Assembly: GCA_965242925.1 (NCBI GenBank)
Contig: CBDEUM010000029.1
Coordinates: 64,001 to 128,000, forward strand
Source of the DNA: Roseibacillus sp.
Lineage (GTDB): Bacteria; Verrucomicrobiota; Verrucomicrobiia; Verrucomicrobiales; Akkermansiaceae
Direction of reading: 5' to 3'
Length of the DNA stretch: 64,000 bases
In this document: positions 39,408 through 49,535 of the stretch, piece by piece
How positions within the stretch are numbered: position 1 is the first letter of the stretch
Layout of the letters: every line of letters starts with the position of its first letter
The notes under the pieces: generated by a model
What the model saw: only the letters and a program-made list of their open reading frames with translations
Databases searched by the model: none
Told to the model about the DNA's origin: nothing
Program-made: the position numbers and the translations under genes

Positions 39408-40091
39408 ATGGATGCGTTGGCGGAGAAGCTCGGTTATCAATTCAAGGATCAGGACTTGCTGGTGCAGTCCATGACGCACCCGAGTATGTCGGCCGAGCAA
39501 CGCGAGGCGGTGGAGGACAACCAGCGACTGGAGTTTCTCGGGGATGCCGTCCTGCAGGTCATCCTGACGGAGCACCTCTATCGCGTTCTGCCCGACCAGG
39601 CGGAGGGGCACCTGACGAAGATACGGGCCAGCCTGGTCTCGCGAAGGGCCTTGGCCGACTGTGCCTTGCGACTGGGGCTGGGGGAGTATCTCCGTCTCGG
39701 GAAGGGTGAGGAGGCCAACGGGGGGCGGCATCGCGAGTCGAATCTGGCGGACGCCTTCGAGGCTCTTCTGGGGGCGATCTGCCTTGACGGGGGAATCACC
39801 GGTGCGAGAGAGGTGACCATGCGCCTGATGGACGAGGATCTTCAGGAGGCGCTGGAGGGAGAGGATACCAGTAACCCGAAGGGCCGCCTGCAGGAGGAGC
39901 TGCAGGCTCTCCGGAGAGAGAGCCCGTATTATCGTATTCTGGCCGAGGAGGGGCCGGACCACTTGAAGCAATTCCGGGTCGAGGTTCTCTGGGGCGGAAA
40001 CCCGCTGGGGGCAGGGCGGGGATCGAGTAAGAAGAACGCCGAGACGGCCGCCGCGCAGGATGCCCTGGAGCGCCGGTGCTGGGAGGAGTAG
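39408..40091 (+). CDS. rnc: Ribonuclease III
   Basis: THPS, NQRLEFLGDAVL, ADAFEALLGA and a C-terminal dsRBD. Confidence 0.96.
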   Translation: MDALAEKLGYQFKDQDLLVQSMTHPSMSAEQREAVEDNQRLEFLGDAVLQVILTEHLYRVLPDQAEGHLTKIRASLVSRRALADCALRLGLGEYLRLGKGEEANGGRHRESNLADAFEALLGAICLDGGITGAREVTMRLMDEDLQEALEGEDTSNPKGRLQEELQALRRESPYYRILAEEGPDHLKQFRVEVLWGGNPLGAGRGSSKKNAETAAAQDALERRCWEE

Positions 40092-40114
40092 GGGACAACT
40101 GGTTTTTTGAAGCG

Positions 40115-40669
40115 ATGGAGCGCAGGCACCTGGAGAATCGAGAGCCGTGTCCGCTCTTGCCCGTGGTCGAAGAAGTGCTGACCGCGCAAGTGACTGCGGA
40201 ATTCAAGCGGGACTACAATGTGGATTTCTATCGTGTCTCGCTTCGTTACGCACAGTCCTTGTGGCTGGAGGGCAAGCCAGCCCAGGCGTTGCTGCAGTTG
40301 AACAAGGCTTTCATGGCGGACCTGGCGGGGAAGGAGACAATTCTGCTGGAGTGGCCCCTGCCCTATGCCGCCAAGCGGTGGGTGATGGTGAACTGTCCGG
40401 CGGGGGAATTCCTGGGTAACCCGGTGCGCCACTATCAGCATCTTGCCACCCGGATGAGCGGACCACGACCGGAACTGCGGCGGTGGCGGGCATGGGCCTG
40501 CTTCCATCTGGCCGAGGTGGTGGTGGGAGGAGAGGCCAATCCACGGGATGCGGGGCAGCTTGGGAGGGAGAAGATTGTGATCCCGGATTTGGGTGAGGTC
40601 CTGGCGCAGTTGGGGGACCTCGGGTTGTGCGGTGAGGCGCAGCTGGTAGAAGAGGTCATCGCTGGGTAG
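40115..40669 (+). CDS. Hypothetical protein, probably co-transcribed with rnc
   Basis: Starts 23 bp after the rnc stop; helical protein with GNPVRHYQHLATRM. Confidence 0.65.
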   Translation: MERRHLENREPCPLLPVVEEVLTAQVTAEFKRDYNVDFYRVSLRYAQSLWLEGKPAQALLQLNKAFMADLAGKETILLEWPLPYAAKRWVMVNCPAGEFLGNPVRHYQHLATRMSGPRPELRRWRAWACFHLAEVVVGGEANPRDAGQLGREKIVIPDLGEVLAQLGDLGLCGEAQLVEEVIAG

Positions 40670-40817
40670 ATGTGGTGCAGTCCTTGCTGCCCCTGCGCTT
40701 CCGTCCTCGGAAAGTCGCAAGGGATTCCTGCACGATGGGACTTCTCCACAACTTTGAGCCTTGAGCGGCACGCCTTCCCGGTCTCTGATTGGAAAACGTC
40801 CGTTAAGATATACAGTC

Positions 40818-42016
40818 ATGAAAGCGCTCAGCCTCCTTCTTCCCTTCGCACTCATTGCACTCGTTACGGCAGCGAAAGTCGGGAGCCCGGAGAAGGGCTC
40901 ACATCAAAGGACGGTCCTCTCGCGGGGGTTCGTGACGGAGGGAGCTTCCATCGGGGATGTGAATGGTGATGGAAACGCGGACCTGGTCGCAGGGCCCCAC
41001 TGGTATGCGGGACCGGATTTCAAGGAAAAGAATCGCTACTACCCCGGCGAAGCACTCAACCCGAAGGGGTATGCCCACAGTTCTTTCCTGAGCTGGGTGA
41101 TGGATGTGAATGCGGACGGACGCAATGACATCCTCCAGGTCGCCCATGGTCCGGCCTTCCATCTCGATATTTATCTGCAGCCCGGGGAGGGATCCGAAGT
41201 GGAGGCCTGGCCCAAGCACCGCGTGGTGACCAGCTTCGGGGGCGAGTCCCCCGAAATGATTGATATCACCGGGGATGGGAAGCCGGAGTTGGTGGGATTG
41301 AAAAAAGATGTGTGGGGGTTTTATAGTGGGGACTGGACGGATCCTACGAAGGCCTGGAGCTTTCATGCCGTTTCGGAGAACACCAAGGCCGGCCACTACA
41401 CGCACGGGCTCGGCGCGGGGGACCTCAACGGAGACAAGCGAATCGACATCATCTGGAAGGAGGGGTGGTACGAGTGCCCCGAGAATCCCACCGCAGGCCT
41501 GTGGAAATTTCACAAGTTCCAGTTCTCACCGCAGGGAGGAGCCCAGATGCTGGTTTACGACGTGGATGGGGACGGGGACAACGACATCGTGACAAGCCTG
41601 TGGGCGCATGGCTGGGGAATGGCGTGGTTTGAGAATTCCGCGCAAGATGGGGGGGTCGCCTTGAAGAAGCACATCATCATGCCCTCGGACTCCAAGCCGG
41701 GGGCGGGGGGAGTGGTTTTTTCTCAGCACCATTCCCTGGCGATGGGGGACTTAATGGCGATGGGTTGACGGACTTTGTCACCGGGAAGCGCTGGTGGGCC
41801 CATGGCGGCGGGGACCCGGGAGCGGATCAACCAGCGGTTCTCTACTGGTTTGAGCTGAAACGGAGCGAGGCGCACGGGGTGGAATTCATCCCGCACTTGG
41901 TGGACACGGATTCGGGAGTAGGGACCCAGATCGCGGTGGGCGACCTGGATGGCGACAAGAGGACCGACATCGGGATCGGAAACAAGAAGGGGATCTACAT
42001 CTTCCGCACGAAGTAG
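40818..42016 (+). pseudogene. Exported FG-GAP/VCBS-repeat protein interrupted by a 1-bp deletion near 41750
   Basis: Repeated GD(V/L)(N/D)GDG..D Ca-binding blades. GGG GAC TT AAT GGC GAT GGG TTG ACG GAC restores GD(L/F)NGDGLTDFVTGKRWWAH if one base is added. Confidence 0.8.
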
Positions 42017-42198
42017 GGAGGATAGCGTCCACCAACGACTCCGGGTGCAAGGGAGCTTCCTTGGGCTCAGGAACACCCTTTTCCCTGTAATCCGCAGGAT
42101 CCCGGACTGGAATCGGACGTTTGTAGCTCCGGAAAGAGTGGTCAAAACACGGATGTGGGATTGTCTGATCCGGTGCCAGTCCCTAAGGAAGGGGGTCA

Positions 42199-44826
42199 TT
42201 GAATCATTCCAGATCCATGAGGTATTCCATAAGAACGAAAGTATCGGGAGCAGCCTGTGCCGCCTTCCTGTCGGCAGGGTTGCTGAGCTTCGCCGCCAAG
42301 CCAGGTGAAACCATTTACCAGCGGGGATTCCTCAGTGTGGAGGAGGCCCATAAGTCGATCCAGTTGCCGGATGGATACGCCCTCAAACTGGTGCTCAGTG
42401 AGCCCCATATCGAGGAACCGGTGGCCTGTGCCTTCGATGGCAATGGCGTGCTCTACGTGGTGGAGATGCGGACCTACATGCAGACTGCGGATGCAACGGG
42501 CGAACAGGAGCCGAAGAGCCGGATCTCACGTCACGAGGATACCGATGGGGACGGCATCTACGACAAGCACAGTGTCTTCATTGATAACCTCCTTCTTCCC
42601 CGGGCGGTTCTGCCCCTCGACGACCGGGTGATGGTGCACGTGACCAACACGCTCGATCTGTGGAACTACCGGGATACGGACGGCGACGGGGTTGCTGACG
42701 AGAAGGTGAAGATCTACGAAGGGGGCAGGCGGGGCGGCAACATGGAACACCAGCCCAGCGGACTGATCTGGGCCCTGGATAACTGGATCTACATCACCTA
42801 TGAGAACCGCCGCTACCGGTTTACGGACGGAAAACTGGAGATGCAGCGTATCCCGCGGGGGGGCGGCCAGTGGGGATTGACTCAGGATGACTGGGGCCGC
42901 CTTTACTATTCAACCGGGGGCGGAGAGAATCCCGCCTTCTTCTTTCAGCAACCGCCCGTCTACGGCATGCTGGACCTGCCGGGCCAGACCGCCCGGGACT
43001 TTCGCAGGGTTTTTCCCATTGCCGAGATTCCGGATGTGCAGGGTGGCCGCGGTCGCGTGGGTTCCAATGGCGGACTCAATAATATGACCGGCTGTGCGGG
43101 CCAGGGGGTCTTTCGTGGTGACCGGCTTCCCGAGGATATCCGGGGCGACCTTCTTATTCCTGAACCAGTGGGTCGCCTCATCCGGCGGGCTTCCGTGGAG
43201 CGCAGGGACGCCAAGACGGTGCTGACAAACAAGTATCCCGGGTCTGAGTTCATCCGTACCCGCGATGCTAACTTCCGTCCGCTCTGGGCGGAAACGGCCC
43301 CAGACGGTCGGATGCTCTTCGTCGACATGCACCGCGGGATCATCCAGCAGGGGAACTGGACCCGCCCGGGAAGCTACCTGCGTGGCATCATCGACAAGTG
43401 GGGGCTCGACAAGAATGTCGGCAAAGGCCGCATCTATCGGCTCGTCCACAAGGACTTCAAGCCGGGGCCCCAGCCGCGCATGCTGGAGGAGAAGACGGCA
43501 GACTTGGTGAAGCACCTCTCCCACCCCAACGGGTGGTGGCGGGACACCGCCAAGAAGCTCATCATCCTCCGGAAGGACCGCGATTCTGTGATCCCCGCCC
43601 TGAAGGAGCTTGCGCTCAAGGGCAAGACGGAGCTGGGTCGCTCCAACGCGCTTTGGACCCTGGAGGGAATCGGGGCGGTGGATGCCGGAACGGTAGCGGC
43701 AGCACTTCGGGATGCTTCCGTCATGGGCAAGGTCCAGGCCCTCCGGGTGGGCGAGCCTCTCATGGGGGACGGTGATCCGAAGGTAGTCTCTGCGATCCTG
43801 CAACTGGGCGAGTTGAGCGGGAATCCCAATCCCGAGGTGGCCACCCAGTTGATCAATTCGGTCGTTCTCAGCGGAACGGGCAACGAGGAGCTGCTCGTCC
43901 TCGCGGACGAGGTCGCCAAGGCATTTCCGGGCAACGATGCGGTCAAGGCCGTCGTGAGCAAGAGCGCCAGTATGCGGGCCCAGGCCCGGGCCGCCGCCGA
44001 GGCCCGCAGGAAAAATGCGCAGCTCGCCCGTTCCATGGAGAAAGGGAAAGTGATCTTCACCCAGCTGTGCTACACCTGCCACGGGGCCGACGGGAAGGGG
44101 ATGCCCGTGCCCGACGGGAAGCCTGGCCAGACCCTGGCCCCTTCGATGATCAAGGCTCCGCGTATCATCGGAAGTGGGAGCACGATGATTCGCACCATCC
44201 TGCACGGCCTCACCGGGCCCCTCGACGGAAAGACCTATCCCGGGGTGATGGCACCCATGAATTCACAGGATGATCAGTGGATTGCCGATATCGCCACCTA
44301 CATACGCAACAGCTTTGGCAACAAGGCGGCGCCAATCACCACGGATTTCGTGGCCGCCATCCGGAAGGAGACCAAGGGTCGCAGCACCCCTTTCACCCTC
44401 CCGGAACTTGAGGCTCTCGATCCTCCGATACTGGTCAACCGCAAGTCGTGGAAACTCAGTGCGAGTAATGGAGGAGGAGATGCCAGGAACGCGATCGACG
44501 GCAACAGGAGCAGCCGCTGGTCCTCGGGCCGGACGCAACGGGGCGGGGAGTGGTTCCAGATCGAGTTTCCGGAAGTGTCCAGGGTCAGTGAACTCATTCT
44601 CGATGCGGCTCCCTCTACCGACGATTACCCCCGGGAATACGAGGTGGTTGTGATGGCAAACGGCGAGTGGAGCAAGGCTCTCGCCAAAGGATCCGGAAAT
44701 GGTCCGGTGACGGTTATTGGCCTGCCGCTTGTGGAAGCGAAGATCATACGCATTACCCAGAAGGGCAGCGCGAACGGCAAGCACTGGTCGATCCACGACC
44801 TGCAGATCAAGGGGAAGAAGAAGTAG
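42199..44826 (+). CDS. PVC-type beta-propeller / HEAT / cytochrome c protein with C-terminal F5/8 type C (discoidin) domain
   Basis: Signal peptide, DTDGDG..D, GGGQWG, HPNGWWRD, CYTCHG with a distal Met, and NAIDGN...RWSS. Confidence 0.85.
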   Translation: MNHSRSMRYSIRTKVSGAACAAFLSAGLLSFAAKPGETIYQRGFLSVEEAHKSIQLPDGYALKLVLSEPHIEEPVACAFDGNGVLYVVEMRTYMQTADATGEQEPKSRISRHEDTDGDGIYDKHSVFIDNLLLPRAVLPLDDRVMVHVTNTLDLWNYRDTDGDGVADEKVKIYEGGRRGGNMEHQPSGLIWALDNWIYITYENRRYRFTDGKLEMQRIPRGGGQWGLTQDDWGRLYYSTGGGENPAFFFQQPPVYGMLDLPGQTARDFRRVFPIAEIPDVQGGRGRVGSNGGLNNMTGCAGQGVFRGDRLPEDIRGDLLIPEPVGRLIRRASVERRDAKTVLTNKYPGSEFIRTRDANFRPLWAETAPDGRMLFVDMHRGIIQQGNWTRPGSYLRGIIDKWGLDKNVGKGRIYRLVHKDFKPGPQPRMLEEKTADLVKHLSHPNGWWRDTAKKLIILRKDRDSVIPALKELALKGKTELGRSNALWTLEGIGAVDAGTVAAALRDASVMGKVQALRVGEPLMGDGDPKVVSAILQLGELSGNPNPEVATQLINSVVLSGTGNEELLVLADEVAKAFPGNDAVKAVVSKSASMRAQARAAAEARRKNAQLARSMEKGKVIFTQLCYTCHGADGKGMPVPDGKPGQTLAPSMIKAPRIIGSGSTMIRTILHGLTGPLDGKTYPGVMAPMNSQDDQWIADIATYIRNSFGNKAAPITTDFVAAIRKETKGRSTPFTLPELEALDPPILVNRKSWKLSASNGGGDARNAIDGNRSSRWSSGRTQRGGEWFQIEFPEVSRVSELILDAAPSTDDYPREYEVVVMANGEWSKALAKGSGNGPVTVIGLPLVEAKIIRITQKGSANGKHWSIHDLQIKGKKK

Positions 44827-44845
44827 AGCAGGTCGTCCATGAATT

Positions 44846-44876
44846 GAAGAAGGCCACCCACAGGGGTGGCCTTTTC
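44846..44876. terminator. Probable bidirectional intrinsic terminator
   Basis: AAGGCCACCC-ACAG-GGGTGGCCTT-TTC between convergent genes. Confidence 0.75.
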
Positions 44877-44904
44877 ATGGTCGAGGAATGCAATTGGTCT
44901 GTTC

Positions 44905-45832
44905 CTACCGCTTCGGATAGTCCTGGTTTTCGTCAAGGTCTGCTTCCGTGATCTTGTCGGAAGGAACGCCGTCTGCGGGAACCTCGGCCTTGGCGCACCA
45001 GGTGATGGCATTGAGGACAATCTTGCGGAAGTCGTCGTGGCCCCAGTTACGGTGAAAGTGTCCGCCGGTGAAGCCAAACCCGCGGCCCCCATCGGGGCGC
45101 TCGTAGGCCCAGGCCATGTGCTGGATCTCGCCTCGCTCAAGGGCGGCCTTGACATGGGGATTGCCTGAGTGGAATCCGTTCCGCCGCTTCATGGTGCTGG
45201 CGGGCGGATGAGCGGAGAGGATGGGGGTGACGCCCTTCATTTTTTCCTGGAAGCGCATGTGAAAGTACCATTCATCGCGAATCTTGAATGGTTTGACCCC
45301 CTGGGTGATGGGGTGCTTGGGCAGCTCCTTGAAGTCCGCGTCCCAGTGGGGATTGACTGACCAGTTTCCCTCGAAGTAGCCCCCGATCCAGCTGAGGAAC
45401 TTTTCCCCGGACTTACCCTTGGGGACTTCCACCCCGTAGTGGAGGCAGACGAGGCCACAGCCATCCTTGAGTTTGACGTCAAGTCCCTCAAGGTGCTTGG
45501 TTGGCCATGTGGCCTCCCCCTCCGTCACAGTAGAAGATGACGCAGTCCGCGTCCTCCAGCTCCGTGGCATTGCCGGGCCAGCCCTTGGCCAGGTGAACCT
45601 CGGCGTCCAGGGTGTCGCCCATGTGCTTGTTGAGTTGCTTGGCGAGTAGAAGGCAGCCGGCCCGGTGCTCGTGCTGATCGTAGCCGTGGCTGCGGTGCCC
45701 GGCCATGAAGACGACTTTCTTTTTCTCCCTGGCGTCCGATGCGGCGTCCTTGTCTTTGTCACCGAACAAGGCTGGTCCGGTGAGGGCCAGAAGCATGACG
45801 GCCAGGAGGGCAGTGAGTGCGGTTTTCATCAT
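44905..45832 (-). pseudogene. Exported ThuA-like (class I GATase-fold) protein interrupted by a 1-bp insertion near 45500
   Basis: First ORF: signal peptide, SHGYDQHEH, DGGGGHMAN. Second ORF: KHLEG...CLHYG, DEWYF, FTGGH. Minus strand reads GCC AAC C AAG CAC, with one extra C. Confidence 0.8.
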
Positions 45833-45902
45833 GGCGGGAATACGAACTGATTTGACGCGATCTTGCAATGACCGATGAGAAGCCGGACCGGCAGCTCTCC
45901 AG

Positions 45903-48494
45903 TCAGTCGGAAACGAGGATGTTGTCGATGGAGAGGCCGCTGAAGGCATCGGCGCTGTTGTCACTGAGGAAGTTCCACTCGATGAGGATGGACTCTCCGA
46001 TCGCCTCGGGAGTGATTTCGATCTGAAAGGTTTTCCAGTCAGAATCGAACTCGGTCATGTCCATGAGGACCGCCGCACCCAGTGGAGTGAGGTCGGAGGC
46101 TCTCAGGAAGCGGACGGTGGCCGTGTCGGCGAAGCCATCGGCGTCGCGGTAGGCCTGGAAGGTCAGTTTGGCGGAGGCGACCCCGGTCAGGTCAATGGCG
46201 GGTGAACGGAGAGAGATGTCGGCGTTTGGACCGTAGTCCCCCAGGTTTGTGCACCAGGCATTGAGGGAGTCGCCGGCACCGCTGATCGGGCCCGTGCTGC
46301 CCCCGGGGGTTCCCAGGGTCCACCGGGTGTCGCCTGCTCCGTCGTTGACCACCGTCGTCCAGTCGTCGGTGTTGCCCTCGAGGTCGTCGTCAAAAAGAGT
46401 GACCGGCGGGAGGGGGAATTGCTGCACGCGGTAGAAGCGCGTGGGATCGGCCGGGAACGGGAGAGAGTGCACGTTGAGAGGGGGGGTGCCCGCAATTTCG
46501 AACACGCCATTGTTTTCCACCGATCCCGGCGCATTCACCGATTCCCAGGTGGAGAGCTCCGCGGACAGGTCCGTGCTGGTCCGCAGGACATAGAACATTC
46601 CGGGCAGGCTCTCCCACTCAAGGACAAGCTCGTTGGCGTCTTCCCTGACGTGGAGGGGCAGCCTGACCGGATCGAGAAGATCGAGGACGGTGGGCACGGT
46701 CGCGAGTTCCGCAATGGTGGCTGGTGGGAGAACGGATTTCCACAACGACACTTCGTCGATTTTGCCGGCGACCAAGTGACTGGGATTGGCTCGCAGGATG
46801 CCGCCGATGGTGGTGGTGTTAAGAGCGGAATTGATATCCTTGAAGGCCCAGTCGTCGCGGTCGAGCACGCCATCGACATAGAGTTGAATCTTCTGGTCAG
46901 TATCGCTGTGGGTGTATGCGATATGGCGCCAGGTTCCGTCGAGCCACTGGTCATTGGAGAACTGGTGGTTGGGGCTCCCCGCGTCACGCAGGTAGACATC
47001 GATGGTATTATCCGAACCATTGTTCCGGGTGCCCAGGTTCAGGAGCGGGTCGTTGCTGTTGGTCGAGGCCTCGGCAAAGAAGCGAAGATCATTCTGGCCC
47101 TGGCCCGTGATCTTGACCCACATCGAAATAGTGTAGGCCGGATGCTGGGAGATCGGGAGGTTCTCTCCTGCCGTGTGGATGCGGGCGAGCATTTCATTGG
47201 AGCCATCAAAGGTGGCCACCATGCGTCCCTCGTCGGGGCCGAAGTTCGAGGCATCCATGTTGCGCAGTTCCATGTCGTAGCCATCGGGTCCCAGATCCGG
47301 GGTGGTCACCCCGTCGGTCTCGTCGAGGGGCCAGTAGGCGCTGAGGAGGTCTGCCAGCGGGAGGGTGTCGGGGACGTTGGGATTGGTGCCGGCCTCCACC
47401 TCGTCTCCATCGGAGAAGCCATCTCCATCGGAATCCCTGGCCAGAGGATCAGTTCCCAAGGTGGTTTCCTCTCCATCGCTCAGGCCGTCCCCGTCGGTGT
47501 CGCCCTGATTCGGGTTCGTCCCAGCGGTCTCTTCGTCGCCATCGTTGGAGCCGTCCCCATCGGAGTCGGAATTTCTCGGGTCGGTCCTGTTCGCAAACTC
47601 CTCGGCATTGGTGGAACCATCGTTGTCGGGATCCCCATCGGGGCCATTGAACTCATCGTTGGTTCCGTCGTCATTGGGATCGAGGTCGTGCTGGACCTCC
47701 CACTCATTGGGGAGACCGTCTCCGTCGCTGTCCTCGGCCGGGGTGCGCAGGTTCGGAGGAGAGATGCCATCGGCCAGGGCAGCCGCGTCGTCGTCGGTCA
47801 GTTCCTCATCCCAGAAGCTGACATCATCGATGCTGCCGTTAAACTGGCAGCAGTCCGAACCCCGCAGAATCCCGCCGATGGTCGTGGTGTCGGGGGTGAA
47901 GGCGGGAATGGCGGAGTAGTTGAACTGGGCGTCGAATGCTCCGTCGATGTAGAGATCGAGGAGGCCGTCCTCTCCGCCCATGAACACGACGTGGTGCCAG
48001 GTCCCATCAAAGGCGGTGCCGGGGGAGTAGGCGTGCCCGAATGCCGCGCCATTGCGGATGTAGATATCAACCGTGCCGTTGGCGCCGCTGCTGTGGGTTC
48101 CGACATTGAAAAGCGGATTGTTGTTGGTGGTCATTCCCTCCGAGAAGATCCGGTCATCCCGGTTGACGGTTCCGTCGCCATTAACCCACATGGAGACGGA
48201 GAAGGAGGGAAGGGTGGTCAGCGCCAGCCCGCCGGATTGGTCGGCATTCTGGATGTTGCCGTAATGGCCTGCGGTTCCGGGAAAGGAGACCGACTGTCCC
48301 CCCCCGATGGTGGCCGGCACGGAATTCGAGTAGGCCGTGTTGGGTCCAACCAACGTTCCGTGGTTGCCATTGCCGGAGGCATCCTGGAAGTCGCCGTCGA
48401 GCGGATAGTAGGCGACCAGATCGGCAAGGGCAGGAGTGCCGGCGATCACGAGTCCGGCGGAGAGGGCGATAATCAGGCGAGGAGCGTATTTCAT
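45903..48494 (-). CDS. Secreted protein with two LamG/ConA-like domains, DxDGDG Ca-binding repeats and a C-terminal beta-sandwich
   Basis: AYYPLDG and AYWPLDE, WHHVV and WRHIA, IDDV and IDEV; five D(S/P/T)D(G/N)DG repeats. Confidence 0.82.
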   Translation of the reverse strand: MKYAPRLIIALSAGLVIAGTPALADLVAYYPLDGDFQDASGNGNHGTLVGPNTAYSNSVPATIGGGQSVSFPGTAGHYGNIQNADQSGGLALTTLPSFSVSMWVNGDGTVNRDDRIFSEGMTTNNNPLFNVGTHSSGANGTVDIYIRNGAAFGHAYSPGTAFDGTWHHVVFMGGEDGLLDLYIDGAFDAQFNYSAIPAFTPDTTTIGGILRGSDCCQFNGSIDDVSFWDEELTDDDAAALADGISPPNLRTPAEDSDGDGLPNEWEVQHDLDPNDDGTNDEFNGPDGDPDNDGSTNAEEFANRTDPRNSDSDGDGSNDGDEETAGTNPNQGDTDGDGLSDGEETTLGTDPLARDSDGDGFSDGDEVEAGTNPNVPDTLPLADLLSAYWPLDETDGVTTPDLGPDGYDMELRNMDASNFGPDEGRMVATFDGSNEMLARIHTAGENLPISQHPAYTISMWVKITGQGQNDLRFFAEASTNSNDPLLNLGTRNNGSDNTIDVYLRDAGSPNHQFSNDQWLDGTWRHIAYTHSDTDQKIQLYVDGVLDRDDWAFKDINSALNTTTIGGILRANPSHLVAGKIDEVSLWKSVLPPATIAELATVPTVLDLLDPVRLPLHVREDANELVLEWESLPGMFYVLRTSTDLSAELSTWESVNAPGSVENNGVFEIAGTPPLNVHSLPFPADPTRFYRVQQFPLPPVTLFDDDLEGNTDDWTTVVNDGAGDTRWTLGTPGGSTGPISGAGDSLNAWCTNLGDYGPNADISLRSPAIDLTGVASAKLTFQAYRDADGFADTATVRFLRASDLTPLGAAVLMDMTEFDSDWKTFQIEITPEAIGESILIEWNFLSDNSADAFSGLSIDNILVSD
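47811..48416. repeat. 606-bp direct repeat, copy 1 (LamG domain)
   Basis: Aligns without gaps to 48740-49345 (offset 929); about 24 mismatches by manual count (about 96% identity). Confidence 0.95.
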
Positions 48495-48610
48495 GGGAGA
48501 ATCAGAATGGTGCGGGGGTTTCTAAAGAAACGAGTCGATGACCTTAAGTCACCGACTCGCAAAAGGGATCAGCTGATTTGATTTAGCGAATCAGCTCGAT
48601 ATCTTGTCAG

Positions 48611-49417
48611 CTAGCGTCGCCGGCGAAAGAGCAGGAGGAGACCACTGAGACCCAGGAGGGCCGAGGAAGGCTCGGGTACCTGAAGGGCGCTTCCGCCACT
48701 GGCGAGCACGGAAATCTCGCTCTGAGTAAGATCGCGGCTCCAGAAGCTGACATCATCAATGCTGCCATTGAACTGGCAGCAGTCCGAACCCCGCAGAATC
48801 CCGCCGATGGTGGTGGTGTCGGGGGTGAAAGCGGGGATGCCGGAGTAGTTGAACTGGGCGTCGAATGCTCCGTCGATGTAGAGATCGAGGAGGCCGTCCT
48901 CTCCGCCCATGAACACGACATGATGCCAGGTCCCATCAAAGGCGGTGCCGGGGGAGTAGGCGTGTCCGAACGCCGCGCCATTGCGGATGTAGATATCAAC
49001 CGTGCCGTTGGCGCCGCTGCTGTGGGTTCCGACATTGAAAAGCGGATTGTTGTTGGTGGTCATTCCCTCCGAGAAGATCCGGTCATCCCGGTTGACGGTC
49101 CCATCGCCATTAACCCACATGGAGACGGAGAAGGAGGAAAGGGCAGTCAGCGCCAGACCGCCGGATTGGGCGGCATTCTGGATGTTGCCGTAATGGCCTG
49201 CGGTCCCGGGAAAGGAGACCGACTGTCCCCCCCCGATGGAGGCCGGCACGGAATTCGAGTAGCCCGTGTTGCCTCCAACCAGCGTTCCGTGGTTGCCATT
49301 GCCGGAGGCATCCTGGAAGTCGCCGTCGAGCGGATAGTAGGCGACGAGGCTGGCCTGAGAGGGAAGGAGTGCTGCTCCCGAGAGGAGGGCAGAGAGGAGG
49401 AGGGTTCTTGGGATCAT
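48611..49417 (-). CDS. LamG-domain PEP-CTERM protein
   Basis: Signal peptide, one LamG domain, C-terminal VPEPSSALLGLSGLLLLFRRRR. Confidence 0.92.
   Translation of the reverse strand: MIPRTLLLSALLSGAALLPSQASLVAYYPLDGDFQDASGNGNHGTLVGGNTGYSNSVPASIGGGQSVSFPGTAGHYGNIQNAAQSGGLALTALSSFSVSMWVNGDGTVNRDDRIFSEGMTTNNNPLFNVGTHSSGANGTVDIYIRNGAAFGHAYSPGTAFDGTWHHVVFMGGEDGLLDLYIDGAFDAQFNYSGIPAFTPDTTTIGGILRGSDCCQFNGSIDDVSFWSRDLTQSEISVLASGGSALQVPEPSSALLGLSGLLLLFRRRR
48740..49345. repeat. 606-bp direct repeat, copy 2 (LamG domain)
   Basis: See copy 1. Confidence 0.95.
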
Positions 49418-49535
49418 CAGCTTCGTTTGCGTTTAGGCCGCAATAAAATGGGATTGCTCCGCTCTCGACAAGTGAAATCTTTGGGGGCAAATGCTCCCGG
49501 CTCTTCGGTTAAAGTTGATTGATGTTTGGGATTGC

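Noticed and set aside
41756..41770. Selenocysteine readthrough or programmed frameshift at the TGA ending the FG-GAP ORF
   Set aside because: Homology continues in a different frame starting upstream of the TGA, and there is no slippery site; a simple indel explains it.
47370..47740. Repetitive DNA inside the LamG gene
   Set aside because: Explained by protein-level DxDGDG calcium-binding repeats.
47811..49345. Diversity-generating retroelement TR/VR pair
   Set aside because: Mismatches are not adenine-specific and are mostly synonymous, both copies are coding, and no reverse transcriptase is present in the window.
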